DNA of 63,958 nt, counting the filler, from Thelocarpon superellum (lineage: Eukaryota): assembly GCA_026025795.1 (NCBI GenBank). It is 15 parts of 15 records of this genome, joined end to end, with 100 filler letters (N's around TTAATTAATTAA, not from the genome) between each part and the next. Parts side by side here need not be neighbours in the genome. Positions count along the whole stretch, not along the records: positions 48,016 to 52,134 come from JAPEUG010000760.1; positions 52,235 to 56,319 come from JAPEUG010000761.1; positions 56,420 to 60,453 come from JAPEUG010000762.1; 12 more parts are not named here. One strand, written 5' to 3'. The notes below the pieces were generated by a model. That model was not told the DNA's origin, made no database searches, and saw only the letters and a program-made list of their open reading frames with translations. Below are positions 48,405 through 60,453 of the stretch, one piece after another. The position numbers and the translations under genes are program-made. The stretch's first letter is position 1. Each line of letters begins with the position of its first letter.

Positions 48405-48736
48405 AGTGGCGCTACAGCGTCGTACAGCAGCCATTCGACGCGGAGGGTTTAGGCAGAGCAGGGAGAGGGGAAAGGGGGAGTGAGGAGAAAGGCAAAGCCA
48501 AGATCTGGCATTCAAAGATGTACTACTAGATTTCGATTTCATGATCCGTCTCTTCTAGGCTGTATGTCTGCGTCATTCCGTATGAGAACTCGTGAACCCA
48601 AACCCTTTCAACCCTTTCCGCCAAGTGAACACCCCATCCCCCCATCCATCCATCGTTCAACCAGAGAGGAAATCCAGAATCATCATTGGAAGAGAGAAGA
48701 AAACAAGAAAGGTGAGAGGGGACGTGAGGACGAAAC

Positions 48737-50450
48737 TCAAGAATAAGGATCCAGCGGCAGAAAAGAACACGATGCTCTCGCGGGCCAGTCCCCGTCCGAG
48801 GCTGGCCGCTTCATGTCTTGGATAGCTGCTACGCTTGTCCCACCTCCACCTCCACCCTCACTTTCGCTTCCGTCTGCATCTGATCCAAAGGAAAACACCA
48901 CCAGAGAAGTGAAGAGAACATGCACCAGCGGCTCGTACATGCCAAATGCGGCGCCGATGGGAAGACGAGGCTGAGTGCGCACGGAGACGACGATGGTAGG
49001 GTTCGTCGTGACTTGCGCTTTCCCCCCATCCCTGCTCCCCCATTCGGAGGAAGGAGTACGGGGGATCAGATTGGAAATGTCGAGTTCGTGGATCGAATAC
49101 TGCGCGGCGTAGTAATACAGCATCGTCGAGTTCGACGCCGTGACGGCGCTGAATGAGGCGTCGTGGTGCGTGAGAACCTCGGTTGCCATAGCCCTTGTAG
49201 GAGTAAGCTGGGGTGGGCTGGCCAAAGATATCCAGCGGTGCAACATACCTTGCGTGTATTCCCCCTAGGGATCCGACAACAGCATGTATGATTCCTGCAG
49301 GGTGCCGCTGCCCGAGCAGTAGAACAGCCGGACAGCGTCCGCATCCACGGTGGCGGAGAGACGAGACTAAGGCGCCGGGTTGGTGACGCGCGCTCCGTTG
49401 GACCGTACGTCCGAGCCTTTTGATCCCAGATTACTTCCTGGACGAATGCAGTGCCGCTTCCGTCATCAGCGTGGTAGTATAGCCTCGCGCCTGGTCCGGT
49501 GCTGAATGTTGACGAATACACGGCGGCGAGGCTGAGGCCCCCGTTGTCACTTGATGTCGCCGAGGATCCGTTGACCTTCACATTGAGACTTCCCAGGTAT
49601 TGCGAGGTCATTTGCCATATGGGTTGGATGGGTGAGTTGCGCTTCTCTTGGATGATGTTGTACTTGTTGAGGTAGAAGAGGTGACCCTGATTTCATCAGT
49701 ACGATTCGATCAAGCGGGGCGGCGCACATACCGTCTGAGCGGATCCATTCAGCCACATGTACAACGCAATCCCAGTATCGTTCCTTGCATCCGTCAGGAT
49801 AGGCCTCGAGGTCTGCCATCCGTCCGTCGATCCGTTGTATTGTATATCTTGCAGCGGACCGGAATTTTGCTGGTAGTAGAGACGATGATATTGCTCGTCA
49901 GACGTGTTCGCTGCGCCGGCTTCCAGGAATCATAAGGTGCTTAGCGCTATCCCCGGTCGTGGGTCGTTCAATGGTCTAGGCAACGTAAGCTATCGTCTTT
50001 CTTTCAGAGCTCAGGGTTCCTCACGGTGGGGCAGTCGGATTGGCAGTTGGACTGGCGACGATGTTTGTCGGCGCACTTATGATCAACGTCGAAACGTCCA
50101 TGTCCGATGTTGCAATGGCCGACGCTTTTGCTTGTGCCATAGCTCTTGCTCCGAAGACACCCCCAAAGATCCCACCTGCAATCAACAATAGGAGTATTAC
50201 GATCATCGAGACCAAAGCATTGGGCCTCAAGCCACAGAATCTTCGTTGCCGTGGTAGTTGTCCCTTCCTTGTCACTGGAATCTCGGTAGTAACCCTCGGC
50301 CACGGCAGCTCGCTCAAAGTCGCGCCGCCGGCGGACGTACAATCGACCACTTTCTTGTCATGGCCCACCGCGGCGCACACGGTCTTGTCACTATCATTGT
50401 CGCTCGAAGAAAGGAACGGAATTGAACATGTCCCTCTCTCTGACGTCCAT
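48737..50450 (-). pseudogene. Membrane-anchored fucose-specific-lectin-fold (beta-propeller) protein, disrupted
   Basis: RRFCGLR + transmembrane ALVSMIVILLLLIAGGIFGGVFG, then blade motifs HRLYYQ, HLFYL, ARLYYH..VQEVIWD, VRLFY..TLQE, TMLYY..IHEL; stops at 50021, 49930, 49367, 49265 and frameshifts. Confidence 0.65.
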
Positions 50451-51822
50451 ATGCACCGTTCGCTCTAAGAGATTGGAGAACTCTGCTGGACCGTTACCTA
50501 GATTCTGTAAGCTTCGTTAAACCTAGAAGTACCCAAAAAGATCCTCCTTACCATGGACAGCTTTCCCTCGGGCATGTTTGCATCAGACTCGCCAAAGGAA
50601 TTGGGGAGCAGATCATGGGTCGTGTGCTTTTGTACTTACGACACGCGACCCTGGCATCCCAGGATACAACCGATTATGTATCCCATGGATACGACCCCGG
50701 GAGCGTCACCCTTGGGACCGCCTCGGCCAGGATGTATCAGGAAATAGCAGACATCCAGGTCCAGATCTGGATCTTGGATGACCCGTTACGCCATGAGGCA
50801 GATGTGCCGAGCTCAAGCATGGCACATCTGTATGGCACTATCGAAGCATCTCGTGATGACAGGGACCCTCCACCACCTCGTCACAAGAGTAGCGTTGAAG
50901 AAAAGGGAATCACGTAACCATGATGGAAGAAGATGGCGCACACACGACCAGGAGGCTATGTCGATGCCAGACCCATGGTGGAACAGCAACATGGCGACCA
51001 GGAAGCACGGGCCCCACCATCACACAAGCAAGCTGAAGCATGGGGCCGCGCAGCGGCGGTGAAGTGGATGGTGGTGGGGCGTGCCGGTCTCCCTTGCCCC
51101 CAGCTCGGCAATCCTAACCGGATGGCTCCTCGTCCTACTGGGGAGGTCGCCAGGTCCACGAACGCCGTGCTCAGACCAGAGGGCGCTCCTGCAGGATCCC
51201 GCAGCGAAGCGAGATCGTCTTCCGCTCCGTCGCACGGACGCGGTAGCAGACGGGGTGACGACGGGATCGACTGAAGCCACGCGAAGGATTACCGTTAATC
51301 TGCTCCAACGGGGACCGATCGACGAGAGCGACGGCGCGATGGCGTGACGGGCAGACGGCAACGGCGTGTGTCATGAACTCCGATTATCGAGATAGCCTAG
51401 CGTTATAGACGGTTGGGGATCGCGGAGCTCGCCCTGCCCCTCCCATCTTCATTTGGCCGTCGCACCTCGCCATCTCCCAATGCCCTCGTTGGCTATCGCC
51501 GCCACCGTGCAAGGTGACTCAGCCGTCCGAGCAGCACCCGAACAACAATCTAGTCCTATCGGATAGGCGGCGAGCTGGAAGTCTCTACTTTCGCCTCCTC
51601 CTTGCGAGGTGCCCCCAGTCTTGTACCGTGAGATTGGGTCGATTTTCCTAGCCCCATCGCGATAATCATGACGGTGGCTCCATGAAGAGATCTCCCTACT
51701 AACGATATAACCTCGTCCATCGAATGAACAGTGCGTTTGAAACACATCGGCCCACCACCAGTATATCCAGGCTCGGAGATGTCTGACACAGACACGCCGA
51801 CAATGTCGATGGTCAAGGAAAA

Positions 51823-52134
51823 CTAGTAATATCTAGTTCTCTTCTGAGGAAGCAACCCCCGAGAAGTCTCCTCCTCAGCCTCGCTATCGCGGTCGAGAAC
51901 GGGATGTGCCGTCGTCTTTACCTTCCGCCGAGGCTGTGCCCGAGATTGTGCCCAGCCATTCTCTACCTCGGCCGGCTCGTCTGCGTCTGCGGTCTCGTCA
52001 AGTCGACGCTTCGTAGGTCGTGTTGATGTCTCGTCTGGTGCGTCAGTAGCTTCTTGCCCGACCTTGTGCGGCCCAGAGCGCTGCAGACGTTTGCGCAGCA
52101 CCACCTCGAGATCGCCAAGATGATTATGATTCTG
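51823..52134 (-). CDS. C-terminal fragment of an unidentified charged (likely nuclear) protein, 5' truncated
   Basis: Open frame from the contig edge QNHNHLGDLEVVLRKRL...PTKRRL...KRTRYY*. Confidence 0.5.
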   Translation of the reverse strand, partial: QNHNHLGDLEVVLRKRLQRSGPHKVGQEATDAPDETSTRPTKRRLDETADADEPAEVENGWAQSRAQPRRKVKTTAHPVLDRDSEAEEETSRGLLPQKRTRYY

Positions 52135-52289
52135 NNNNNNNNNNNNNNNNNNNNNNNNNNNNNNNNNNNNNNNNNNNNTTAATTAATTAANNNNNNNNNN
52201 NNNNNNNNNNNNNNNNNNNNNNNNNNNNNNNNNNGATTTCCATTCCATACGTGAGGATACATACAAGACAAAAGGGGGATCATCGGCCA

Positions 52290-53442
52290 TTACCACGCGA
52301 CATGGCCACCATCCATCCGCAGGTCGGAACCGGTCATGAATGAACTGGCATCACTCAGCAAGAACACAGCCGCGCCCCGATACTCCTGGGGTGCGCTGAA
52401 TCGACCCAGCATGTTTTGCTTGGGCCACTCGGTCTTCCGCTCGGGAAATTCGTCGAAGAGATCCTCGACCATCTTGGTCAGAATATAGCCTGGGGAGATG
52501 GTGTTCACGCGAATCCCATGTTCACCCCACTCGGCCGCCAGGTTCCGTCCCAGCTGCAACACGGCGCCTTTAGACGCGTTGTAAGCCGGGCAGATGAGAC
52601 CCTAGACCGGCCGTGTCAGTTCGTCGTGAAGCATTGGTGGTGGAGAGAGCTCCTCGTACCCGATTGGCGACGGTGCCACTCATGCTCGCAATCAAGGCAA
52701 TGCTGCCTCCATTTCCGAACCGAATCATCTGCTTGGCCGCTGCCTGCGCCGTCATGAACACACCCGTGATGTTCACTTCAAACAAGCGGTTGGCGTCCTC
52801 TGCCTTGTACTCCAGCGCCGGGGTCTCTTGCTGGATGCCTGCTGCCGCGATGAGACCGTCCAGGCGGCCGTGGTGCGTGCCAATGTCCTCGACGATCTGA
52901 GTCATGTGCTCGACTTCGCGAACGTCGATCTGGCGATAATGTAACTCGGTGCCGAGCTCATTGGCAGCACGTTTCTGGATTCGATCAAAATCAGGAGAGG
53001 GTGACGGGAGCCGGTCCAAGGCGTAGACTATTCAGGTACCCGCGCGTCAGCACTGACGACCTTTCGGAGAATGGATCACTAGGAGAGTGGAAGACTCACC
53101 CGTGGCTCCCGCCTCGAGTAAGGCTTCGGTTTGGGTCAGGGCCAAGCCGCGCGCGGCGCCCGAGACCAGGATGACCTTGTCCGTCAAGTTATATTCAGGG
53201 TTGCGCTTCGTCGTCCCCAGGAACGCGGGCGACTCGTCTCCATGTTCGAGGTTGAAAGTCTCGCGCGTCGGCGGCTGGGGGGGCGCTCGTCGGTCCTGGG
53301 ATTTGGCGGCGCCTTCGAACGACGAGCTAGGATATGCTCGGGCAGTACAGACGCTGAAGGGACGCACGGTCGTGGCGGTAAAGGGTCGGGAACGAGTAGT
53401 GGCGCGAAGAGCTCGCGGCAGGATCTTGCCGTAGAGGCTCAT
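52290..53442 (-). CDS. Mitochondrially targeted SDR, D-arabinitol 2-dehydrogenase/sorbose-reductase-like; introns 53028-53099 and 52602-52659
   Basis: Arg-rich presequence; VSGAARGLAL, IAAAGIQQ, IASMSG, YNASK catalytic motif, IRVNTISPGY, FMTGSDLRMDGG. Confidence 0.92.
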
Positions 53443-54339
53443 GATGAAGGAACTGCGGGATACTGTCGTAACCCGGGGCCTACGTGCCGGGGACGGCGAG
53501 GTTCATATACTGGTACCAGTAATTGCAAGTGCATGGGCTCACGTAGGGGTGGATGGGATTCACGTCTTTATCAAGGCAGAGGTGGAGGCAGAGCAGGCTG
53601 GCTCGGGAATGACGTCGAAGCGACGATAATTCAAGGGTCAGGGGTCAAGCAAGGGTCGGAGGAGGAAAAGACTGCTGAAAGAGTATGACCCCGCAAAACT
53701 CGCGAGGACTGGGAGGGACGGGGCGAAGCGGCCAAGAGCCACGCGGATGAAGCACTGGTACCTTGTTTGTCAAGCTGTGCAGCGGAGCTTAGTCCGGTAG
53801 CTATAGTAGTGCGGCGTCCCAGCTTTGAGCATCCCGGCTCTGAGGGTGCAGCTAAGGTTCCAAAGGGAATTCGGGCGCGAACCTGGCTGCCGGAACCCAA
53901 CTACGTCAGAGCCATAGCCAAGGCCAGAGCGGCCGCAGCAAGCTGGGGCAACACACCAATCACAGCGTTCGTCTGAGATTGGGTCGCGCCACGCGGCGAG
54001 TCATGGGAGACATGCGAATTTCACTCTTCCTGTGCTCGTACGAGTATTTTGTAACGTTACCTTTTCCACTCGCGCCTGGCAGGTACGAGTACGGGAGTAT
54101 TACCACGAAGGCACTCCACAGCACAAGAGACACGCTAACTCGTCATTCCGGAGTACCTACCAGACAGGTACAGAGCAAGACGCGCACGCATCATCTGGTG
54201 GGACCCAATCGCTAATGATTACAGTTTCCACAAAGGCCATCCGAGCGACTCCACACGTCTGCATGCCCCGACAAGTTGTGGATCTTGCCCTACGTCTTAA
54301 CACAGTTCCCACTTCGCCGTCCTCTTGCCGAGCCTCACC

Positions 54340-55386
54340 TCATCGAGCACCCGCTAACCGCCGGGCTTGGACTTCGCTTAGCGCCCGACTGCCCGAGAAG
54401 AAGGCGACGGCGCCCACGGCCGCAGCGGCAGGGAGCGTCTGGAACAGATTCCAGGAGTAGTAGTAGAGGAAGAAGATGCCTTCCATCGCAACCACCGATC
54501 CAAAGAACAAGAGGTGAGACAGCGGAGCGCTGCTCAGCGCCGGCGAAAGGTGATTGACGTTGGCGCCCAGCGTAAGCCACTGCGGTCAACGGTCAGCATT
54601 GTCGCTCTGACCACCTCCCCACTACAAGGGGCTCGGGCACTTACGACGCCAAACAAGATGGGAATCGTCACGAGCACAGCTCCGGCGAAGACAAGGCTGA
54701 TGATCTTGGGCGGGCTCGTCGGATCGACACGGAAGATATGGTGGATCTCTTCGAGCTTGCCGTACCGCAACGGCTTCGCCAATTGAGCGACAGGCTTGTC
54801 GGGATCTTCCATGATGTCGAGGCTGAAGACAGGGCTATCATAGCCCATGGCAGATCCAAATGATCCCAGAATGATCTTGGCCTGAAGCGGTTGTGACGCC
54901 TTGACAAATTGGACAGGCAGGTCCTTCTGGGTCTAATCAAGAATGGATGAGCCACATGCCACCGGCGTCTTCGCGACCAGAGATCCACTCACCAGCTCAA
55001 CCTTGCCTTTCCCACTCTCCCTGACGCTCAATGCGTATGAGGTCTCGAGCCCGGAGTCGACATCCTTGACGGAGAGGAAAGCCTGGTGGGGCCGCTTGGT
55101 CTTGCCATCCTCTTGCGTCGTGAGCAAGACCTTCAACGTGTCGGACGGTCCCAGCGTAACTACGCCAGATAAAGCTTTCTGAGCTGAAAGTCTAGTCCAC
55201 GCTCAAGGTCAACGGCCAGCTCCTAATATTGGTGTCGTGTACGTACTTCTCTTTGAACCCGCCCACGCTGCTTTTGCCTTGCACGGAAACGGTACCCTCA
55301 TCAAATCCCCATGAGGATGCGGCCTGAGATACACCCACTACACCAGCCGCCACGATCGAGTAGAGTAATTGCGAGGAGAGACGCAT
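54340..55386 (-). CDS. SWP1: Oligosaccharyltransferase subunit Swp1/ribophorin II, 3 introns
   Basis: Signal peptide, KRPHQAFL, RYGKLEEIHHIFRVDPTSPPKIISLVF, EGIFFLYYYSWNLFQTL, GSRALSEVQARRLAGAR*. Confidence 0.94.
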
Positions 55387-55874
55387 GGTTGAACTGCGTC
55401 GTGATGATTGATGATGTTACCAGAGAACTGGCCGCACGAAAAGGCAACGTAGCTTGCGGACTTATGCTGTCAGTCAAAGAGACCAAAAGCGCATTGATGA
55501 CTGATTGGGCCGGTAAGCCAAGTAACTAACGTACTCGTACATGGAGCGGGCAGAGGTGATGTCGCTGCCCGTATGCCGGTGCCGTGGAGGTCGAGCAGCA
55601 TTCGTGGTTGTCTCAGTGCCCCCTATAAGTACCAGAGACAGGACGATGCGAGGAAAGCCCTCTAACGTCGAGAATTAGCTACTTTAGGAATCAGAGCTGA
55701 ATTGCTAATCTACGCGTAGTCTGGGATAGTAATAGGAGTGGGCAAATGACCAGATCACGTGCGCGCTCCTGCACTACCAAATATGGCGCCTTCGCCCTCC
55801 GTCATTCCGCGCACTTCAGCAAAATACTTCGGATCTCGGCGGCGCTGACTCGCTGCGGGAGGCTATCGGATTTT

Positions 55875-55906
55875 CTATTCGACTATTCGACTATTCGACT
55901 AATCGA
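55875..55906 (+). repeat. 8-bp tandem repeat (CTATTCGA) x4 in a divergent promoter region
   Basis: Read directly; last copy CTAATCGA. Confidence 0.8.
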
Positions 55907-56059
55907 TATATATGATTAATTGCGTGCCACCATCCAAATTCTTACCTCCTCCCGCCATTTCGATGTGCCAAGTGCACCGAACCTCTTTGCAGAACGAGCA
56001 ATCCCAACACACATGCACCCCGCAGAGGCCTTGTTTAGGCTGCTGTCGCGAACGACACA

Positions 56060-56319
56060 ATGCCCCGTGAGTGAGATCCTTTGTGCCGAGCACGCCCAAG
56101 CCCGCAACCCACAATCCTCGACGCCTGGAAAGCCGCTCCCATGGGCTTGATTGAAGTGGCTTTGAGCTGACGTCCGCTCTCATGCAGTGACCAGAGGCAG
56201 CGCGCGTGCGCTCGAGGCGGCGCCTACCCCTCGCCGTCGCGGCGGCCGACCACAACGGAACTCAAGCCGCCTGAGTGGAGATGATCTGGGTACGCCGGAT
56301 GACCAAGGCTTGTTGACTC
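56060..56319 (+). CDS. 5' end of an unidentified gene (MP|LTRGSARALEAAPTPRRRGGRP...), truncated
   Basis: ACA-ATG context, GTGAGT..CTGAC..CAG intron in phase, divergent from SWP1. Confidence 0.4.
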
Positions 56320-56419
56320 NNNNNNNNNNNNNNNNNNNNNNNNNNNNNNNNNNNNNNNNNNNNTTAATTAATTAANNNNNNNNNNNNNNNNNNNNNNNNN
56401 NNNNNNNNNNNNNNNNNNN

Positions 56420-57394
56420 TGACCGAAGGCCCTGTCATCGACTGGCTGGAACCCTCGCCCACTCTTCTCTCCGAATCAGGCGCCGACGCCATGGCGGTGG
56501 ACTCGGGTGCGGGGAGTATCGGCAAACTGCCGGATGTTCGATTCATCGCGCGTCTGGAGCCCCCGGTTGTCGTCCCGCTCCCGGTGGCCTACGAGCTGTA
56601 CGCCTCCGTGGGGATCGAAATTCCACAAGAATCCCTCCGCGCCACCACGTTTGACGACTTGCTCCTCCAAGGCTACGGGACGTCCGCGGCCGAGGGCGAC
56701 ATCCGGGCGATTCATCAACGACGAGCCTTGACGGTCCCCAATGAACACGATGACTTGGCCGTACGGGAACATGAATACACGCTGTACGTGGAAAAGCAGG
56801 ATTACGGACGGGTGATTGAGGAGATACCCTTCGCGCATCCGAGGCAGCTCATCGCCGTCCTCCCGGTAAGCAGATTGGATCCAGTCCTCCAAGCATACAG
56901 GGTGGACTAAGAGCTTCTTCGTCTAGATCTTACGACAGTATGCACTCTTGTCCAGCATCCTCCACACGACGCTTCCGCGAGAGAGCACCCCCAAAAAGTC
57001 TTCGTCCGAATCATCCACGCAGGATTCATCATCAGAAACGATTGAGGAGTCGAATATGCCACGAGAAGCTGCCGAGCTGGGCCGGCTCCTCGCGGATGAT
57101 GGATGTCTCGGTGCGCCTGATCTGTCGATAGACATCGGCCTCTCGGCGCAACCCGCACCTCGGATGACATTGGTCTTTCCGTGGAAGAAAGAGGCGGTGA
57201 CGCTGGTGTTTGAGATTGATCGCGATGGGGCCATCTCGGTGGTTAGTCAGAACGCGTGGAGAGACGGAGAGTCGCATGGTGATGGAGGCGACGAGAAGGA
57301 GAAGCCGCGCAAGGAGACGGACCCGCGTCGCGTACTGGAGATCAGTGAAGATCTCGGGATCACAACGGAGTATCTCCGGCGACGGCTCGTTTGA
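56420..57394 (+). CDS. MED1: Mediator subunit Med1, 3' part; intron 56866-56926
   Basis: LPDVRFIARLEPPVVVP, H.YTL....YGRVIEEIPFAHPRQLIAVLP|ILRQYALLSSIL, LEISEDLGI..E C-terminal pattern of Pezizomycotina Med1. Confidence 0.75.
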
Positions 57395-57535
57395 TGTGAC
57401 GGATTTGACGGGGAGGATAGACCTTCCGAGCTGTAACATAACATTGTGTCTGAAAAGACACGACATGTGAAGGTAATATCTACAGGTCTGCCGGAACGAT
57501 GCAAATTCCATGAACGAGTATATTCCCAGTCACCC

Positions 57536-58241
57536 TCACCTCCGTGCTGCATTCTTCCTGGGACCCGGGTCCCACGCTTCCGGCTGCCACCGCTCATCTG
57601 CCCCGCCCTTACTGACCTCCCATGGATTCTCTCGTGCAGTCTTCTCCCTTTTCGGCCCGGCCCTCCCGACCTCCGCGCCCTCCTTTCCCTCTCCCACATC
57701 ATCACCATCCTCCTCCTTTCTTGGTACTCCCCGGCCGTTCTCCGCCACCTCCCCCTCGGCCGCACTCTGCTCCATCACACCTCTGTCCCGCGGCCGATCC
57801 TGCAACCTCGGTTTGGCCGCCCACCTTGCATCCGCCTCGCTCGCCAAGACGACCATCGCCTCTCTTCTCGCCACGTCGTCCCGCTGTTCCTGCAAAGACG
57901 GCGCCGAGAGCCGGGTATGTCGCAACCACTGGTGCCACGCCGGACTGATGCGCAGATCGGCATAGGTCGAGAGACTGGGCGTCGTCGCTGTGCTGGTATG
58001 CGGCGGTTGTACGATACGGCGCAGGCGCGCGGCACGGAGAGAGGAGGGAGGGACGGTGGGAGGGGCGGCGGAGGAGAGAAATTCCCAGTATGTGTTCCCG
58101 TCTAGGTCGGCGCCTGTTGCTTGGTACGTTAGCGGGCGGTGAAGAGGGAGGAGGGAGAGAGGCCTTGCCGGCTAGAAACTTTCGTCGCCATGGGAGCTTC
58201 AGGCTTTTCCATTGCAGCCAGAGCGTGCGCAGTGGTTTCAT
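57536..58241 (-). CDS. NDUFA12/NDUFAF2 (mimitin-like) complex I assembly factor; GC-AG intron 58114-58168
   Basis: WKSLKLPWRRKFLA|GADLDGNTYWEF, RRIV.Y, ISPAWHQWLRHTR..APSLQEQ, LA.EADARWAAKP, ENPWE..WQPEAWDP. Confidence 0.9.
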
Positions 58242-58274
58242 GGTGGTGGTGGTGGTGGTGGTGGTGGTGGTGGT
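58242..58274 (+). repeat. (GGT)11 microsatellite abutting the NDUFAF2-like start codon
   Basis: Read directly; (ACC)n on the coding strand directly 5' of the ATG. Confidence 0.95.
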
Positions 58275-58774
58275 GACGCGTTGATTGGATTTGGAAGCTC
58301 TCGAGCTCGTTGTAGCTATCCACTGCAGGCATCTACTTGTAGCCCACCTGCCGCGGTAGAGGTTCAATCACGTTTCCTTAGGCGGCCTGTCTTCCCTGAA
58401 CCGCCGCTCGCTACCCAAAACTTGGCGAGGCGAGAGCCCCGCCCCTCAAGATCTCGAGTCTGCTACGCCTACGCATACCGACGCCGCACCACCAGCCACT
58501 GACAATGTCACAATCCTACTGGGAAGCACTCGTAGAAGAACCATCCGTGCTCTGTCATGTTTCTTGCTTACAATTGCCCACTATGTACACGACGAAGATG
58601 GGGCTAGTTCCCGATGCCTCCAAGAAGCATTCTCTCAATCGTCACCGGCACACATCTTGGGTCAATGTCGACCGGATCCGCCCTCTGCTCGCGCCACAGG
58701 ATCTGGCCTTCGGAATCAAGGTGTCGACAATGGATTCCCTTTCTACAGCGAGCAAACAGGGGGCAATCTGCGAT

Positions 58775-59433
58775 TCAAGTGTCAGCCTTTCTCCATATTC
58801 CTGTCGGTCGAGATCTATCAAAGGAGCGGGAGTCACTTACGGTACCACGACACCCAGATGCCGTCGGCCATGTCCAGGTACGTGGCGGAAGTCTCCAAGC
58901 GCCGAAAGAATCTCCACCTGTTCGCAGCCAGTCAGTCAGATCATGGCAGAGGATCAGGCGATGCGTATACCGGTCTCTTCCGTCATGGATGAGTAGGAGC
59001 TTGTGTTCGTTTTCGTCCAGATGCAACGTGAGGGGCTGCGGAGGCTTCATGAAGTCCACCTGCACCACTTTGTCGTCTGCTGAGTAGGAGAAATTGCCCA
59101 TCTGTCTGATGTCGTTGGTGATGCCCGCTTCACAGTCTCGATATCCATCCGGTGTAGACCGTGGGTCAGTTCGTGCTACAGTCAGATGAGTTGGTACACC
59201 GCAAAGTGGTGCCAAGCCTAGAGGCTCGGGAGTGTCGGCGTCCTACGGTATATATAGAGCTGTGGGCAATCGCTATCATATACATCACCAAAGGTGGCTC
59301 GTTGCACGTCGGTCAGCGGGCTCGTGTCTCGTTTCTCTAGCCGGAGACCGAAACGGGGACCGGTGGGAGGGGGCTGGCAGTGGGCCAGTCCGAGGATCGT
59401 GGAGCAGATGGGGATGCTCCATCGGAGGCGCAT
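58775..59433 (-). pseudogene. Possible decayed secreted (effector-like) protein gene
   Basis: Signal-peptide-like MRLRWSIPICSTILGLAHC, Kex2-like LEKR, TAG at 59218-59220, then coding-like fragments in shifted frames. Confidence 0.35.
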
Positions 59434-60354
59434 GCTGAGGACGGAGGACAGAGCAACGCCATCAGTCGATCCCGTCGGAGCGAGAGCAACGGCAGCATGT
59501 GGGGCCCACCAAGTTTTATCTACGAGGATGATGCGCCACGCTGCCATGCGTGCGATCCATGACGAGCATGTGGTCCTCGGGACATCAAGCACCGGAGACG
59601 AGCGATGATAACGCCGTGACCCCGGAGCGCGACGTCAATAGGGTGGCGGCGGCAAAGTCTTCAGGTGGCCCCCGAGGCATGAACTCAATCTGCAATCCTT
59701 TGCATGGGGGTCACCGCCGGTGCAGGTCATTGGAAAGCAACCTTGGCTGGCACGCTGGATTATGCAAACGAGCGACAGTAAGGCGGCCCACTAGCGCTTG
59801 CTGCTGATCGGGCCATCGATTGCCCATTGCCATGCTTTGGTCACGTCAGTGACTGCAGGCTTCTGACGTGGGGAATACGTCCCCAAGCATTCGGAGCTTG
59901 ACAACAGTCATCGCGGACGGCGTTGGAAATTCCTCCACGAGTGCGGGATTCCGGGTGCGGGTGATCAGCACTACCGATGTACAGGCAAACGAAAAGCGTT
60001 ACACGTGCGGGGACCAAGTCTGGGTCGTGTCGCGGTGCCGCGTCAGGGTGGAACGACCCCACCACGTGCGACGGGTAGGGCGAGATTACAGGACTTTAGC
60101 ACTCGCTCGCCGTACCGCGGGCCTACGGCAGTCGACATCTGCATCGTTCGTCGCGTGCACCAGCGGCGACATGTCCAGCAGAGGGAACGAAGATACGTCC
60201 ATCGCTCCTTCTGATCCTCGTCGCTTTCCTCCAACCACGTCGACTGTCTCTCGATCATGTTTTCTTGGATCAACATTCCCGACGCTGGGGTCATCCGCTG
60301 AAGCCATTTCTATCACATCCTGGGGTGGACTGTACATCCATACCGCCCCGCATC

Positions 60355-60453
60355 ATGGCCTCGGTCAGCTCCTTGGATCGCGACCTGCGCAAGATGCGTC
60401 TGTCCAAATATTCGCCACAGGCGGCCGCGGAAATGCGAGAATGGATCGAAGAG
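60355..60453 (+). CDS. SCP1: Calponin/transgelin homolog Scp1, 5' end only
   Basis: MASVSSLDRDLRKMRLSKYSPQAAAEMREWIEE matches the N-terminus of fungal calponin CH-domain proteins. Confidence 0.85.

Noticed and set aside
50900..51080. Ankyrin-like fragment on the minus strand (TIHFTAA...MLLFHHGSGIDI)
   Set aside because: Needs a frame change and matches only a few residues; not supportable
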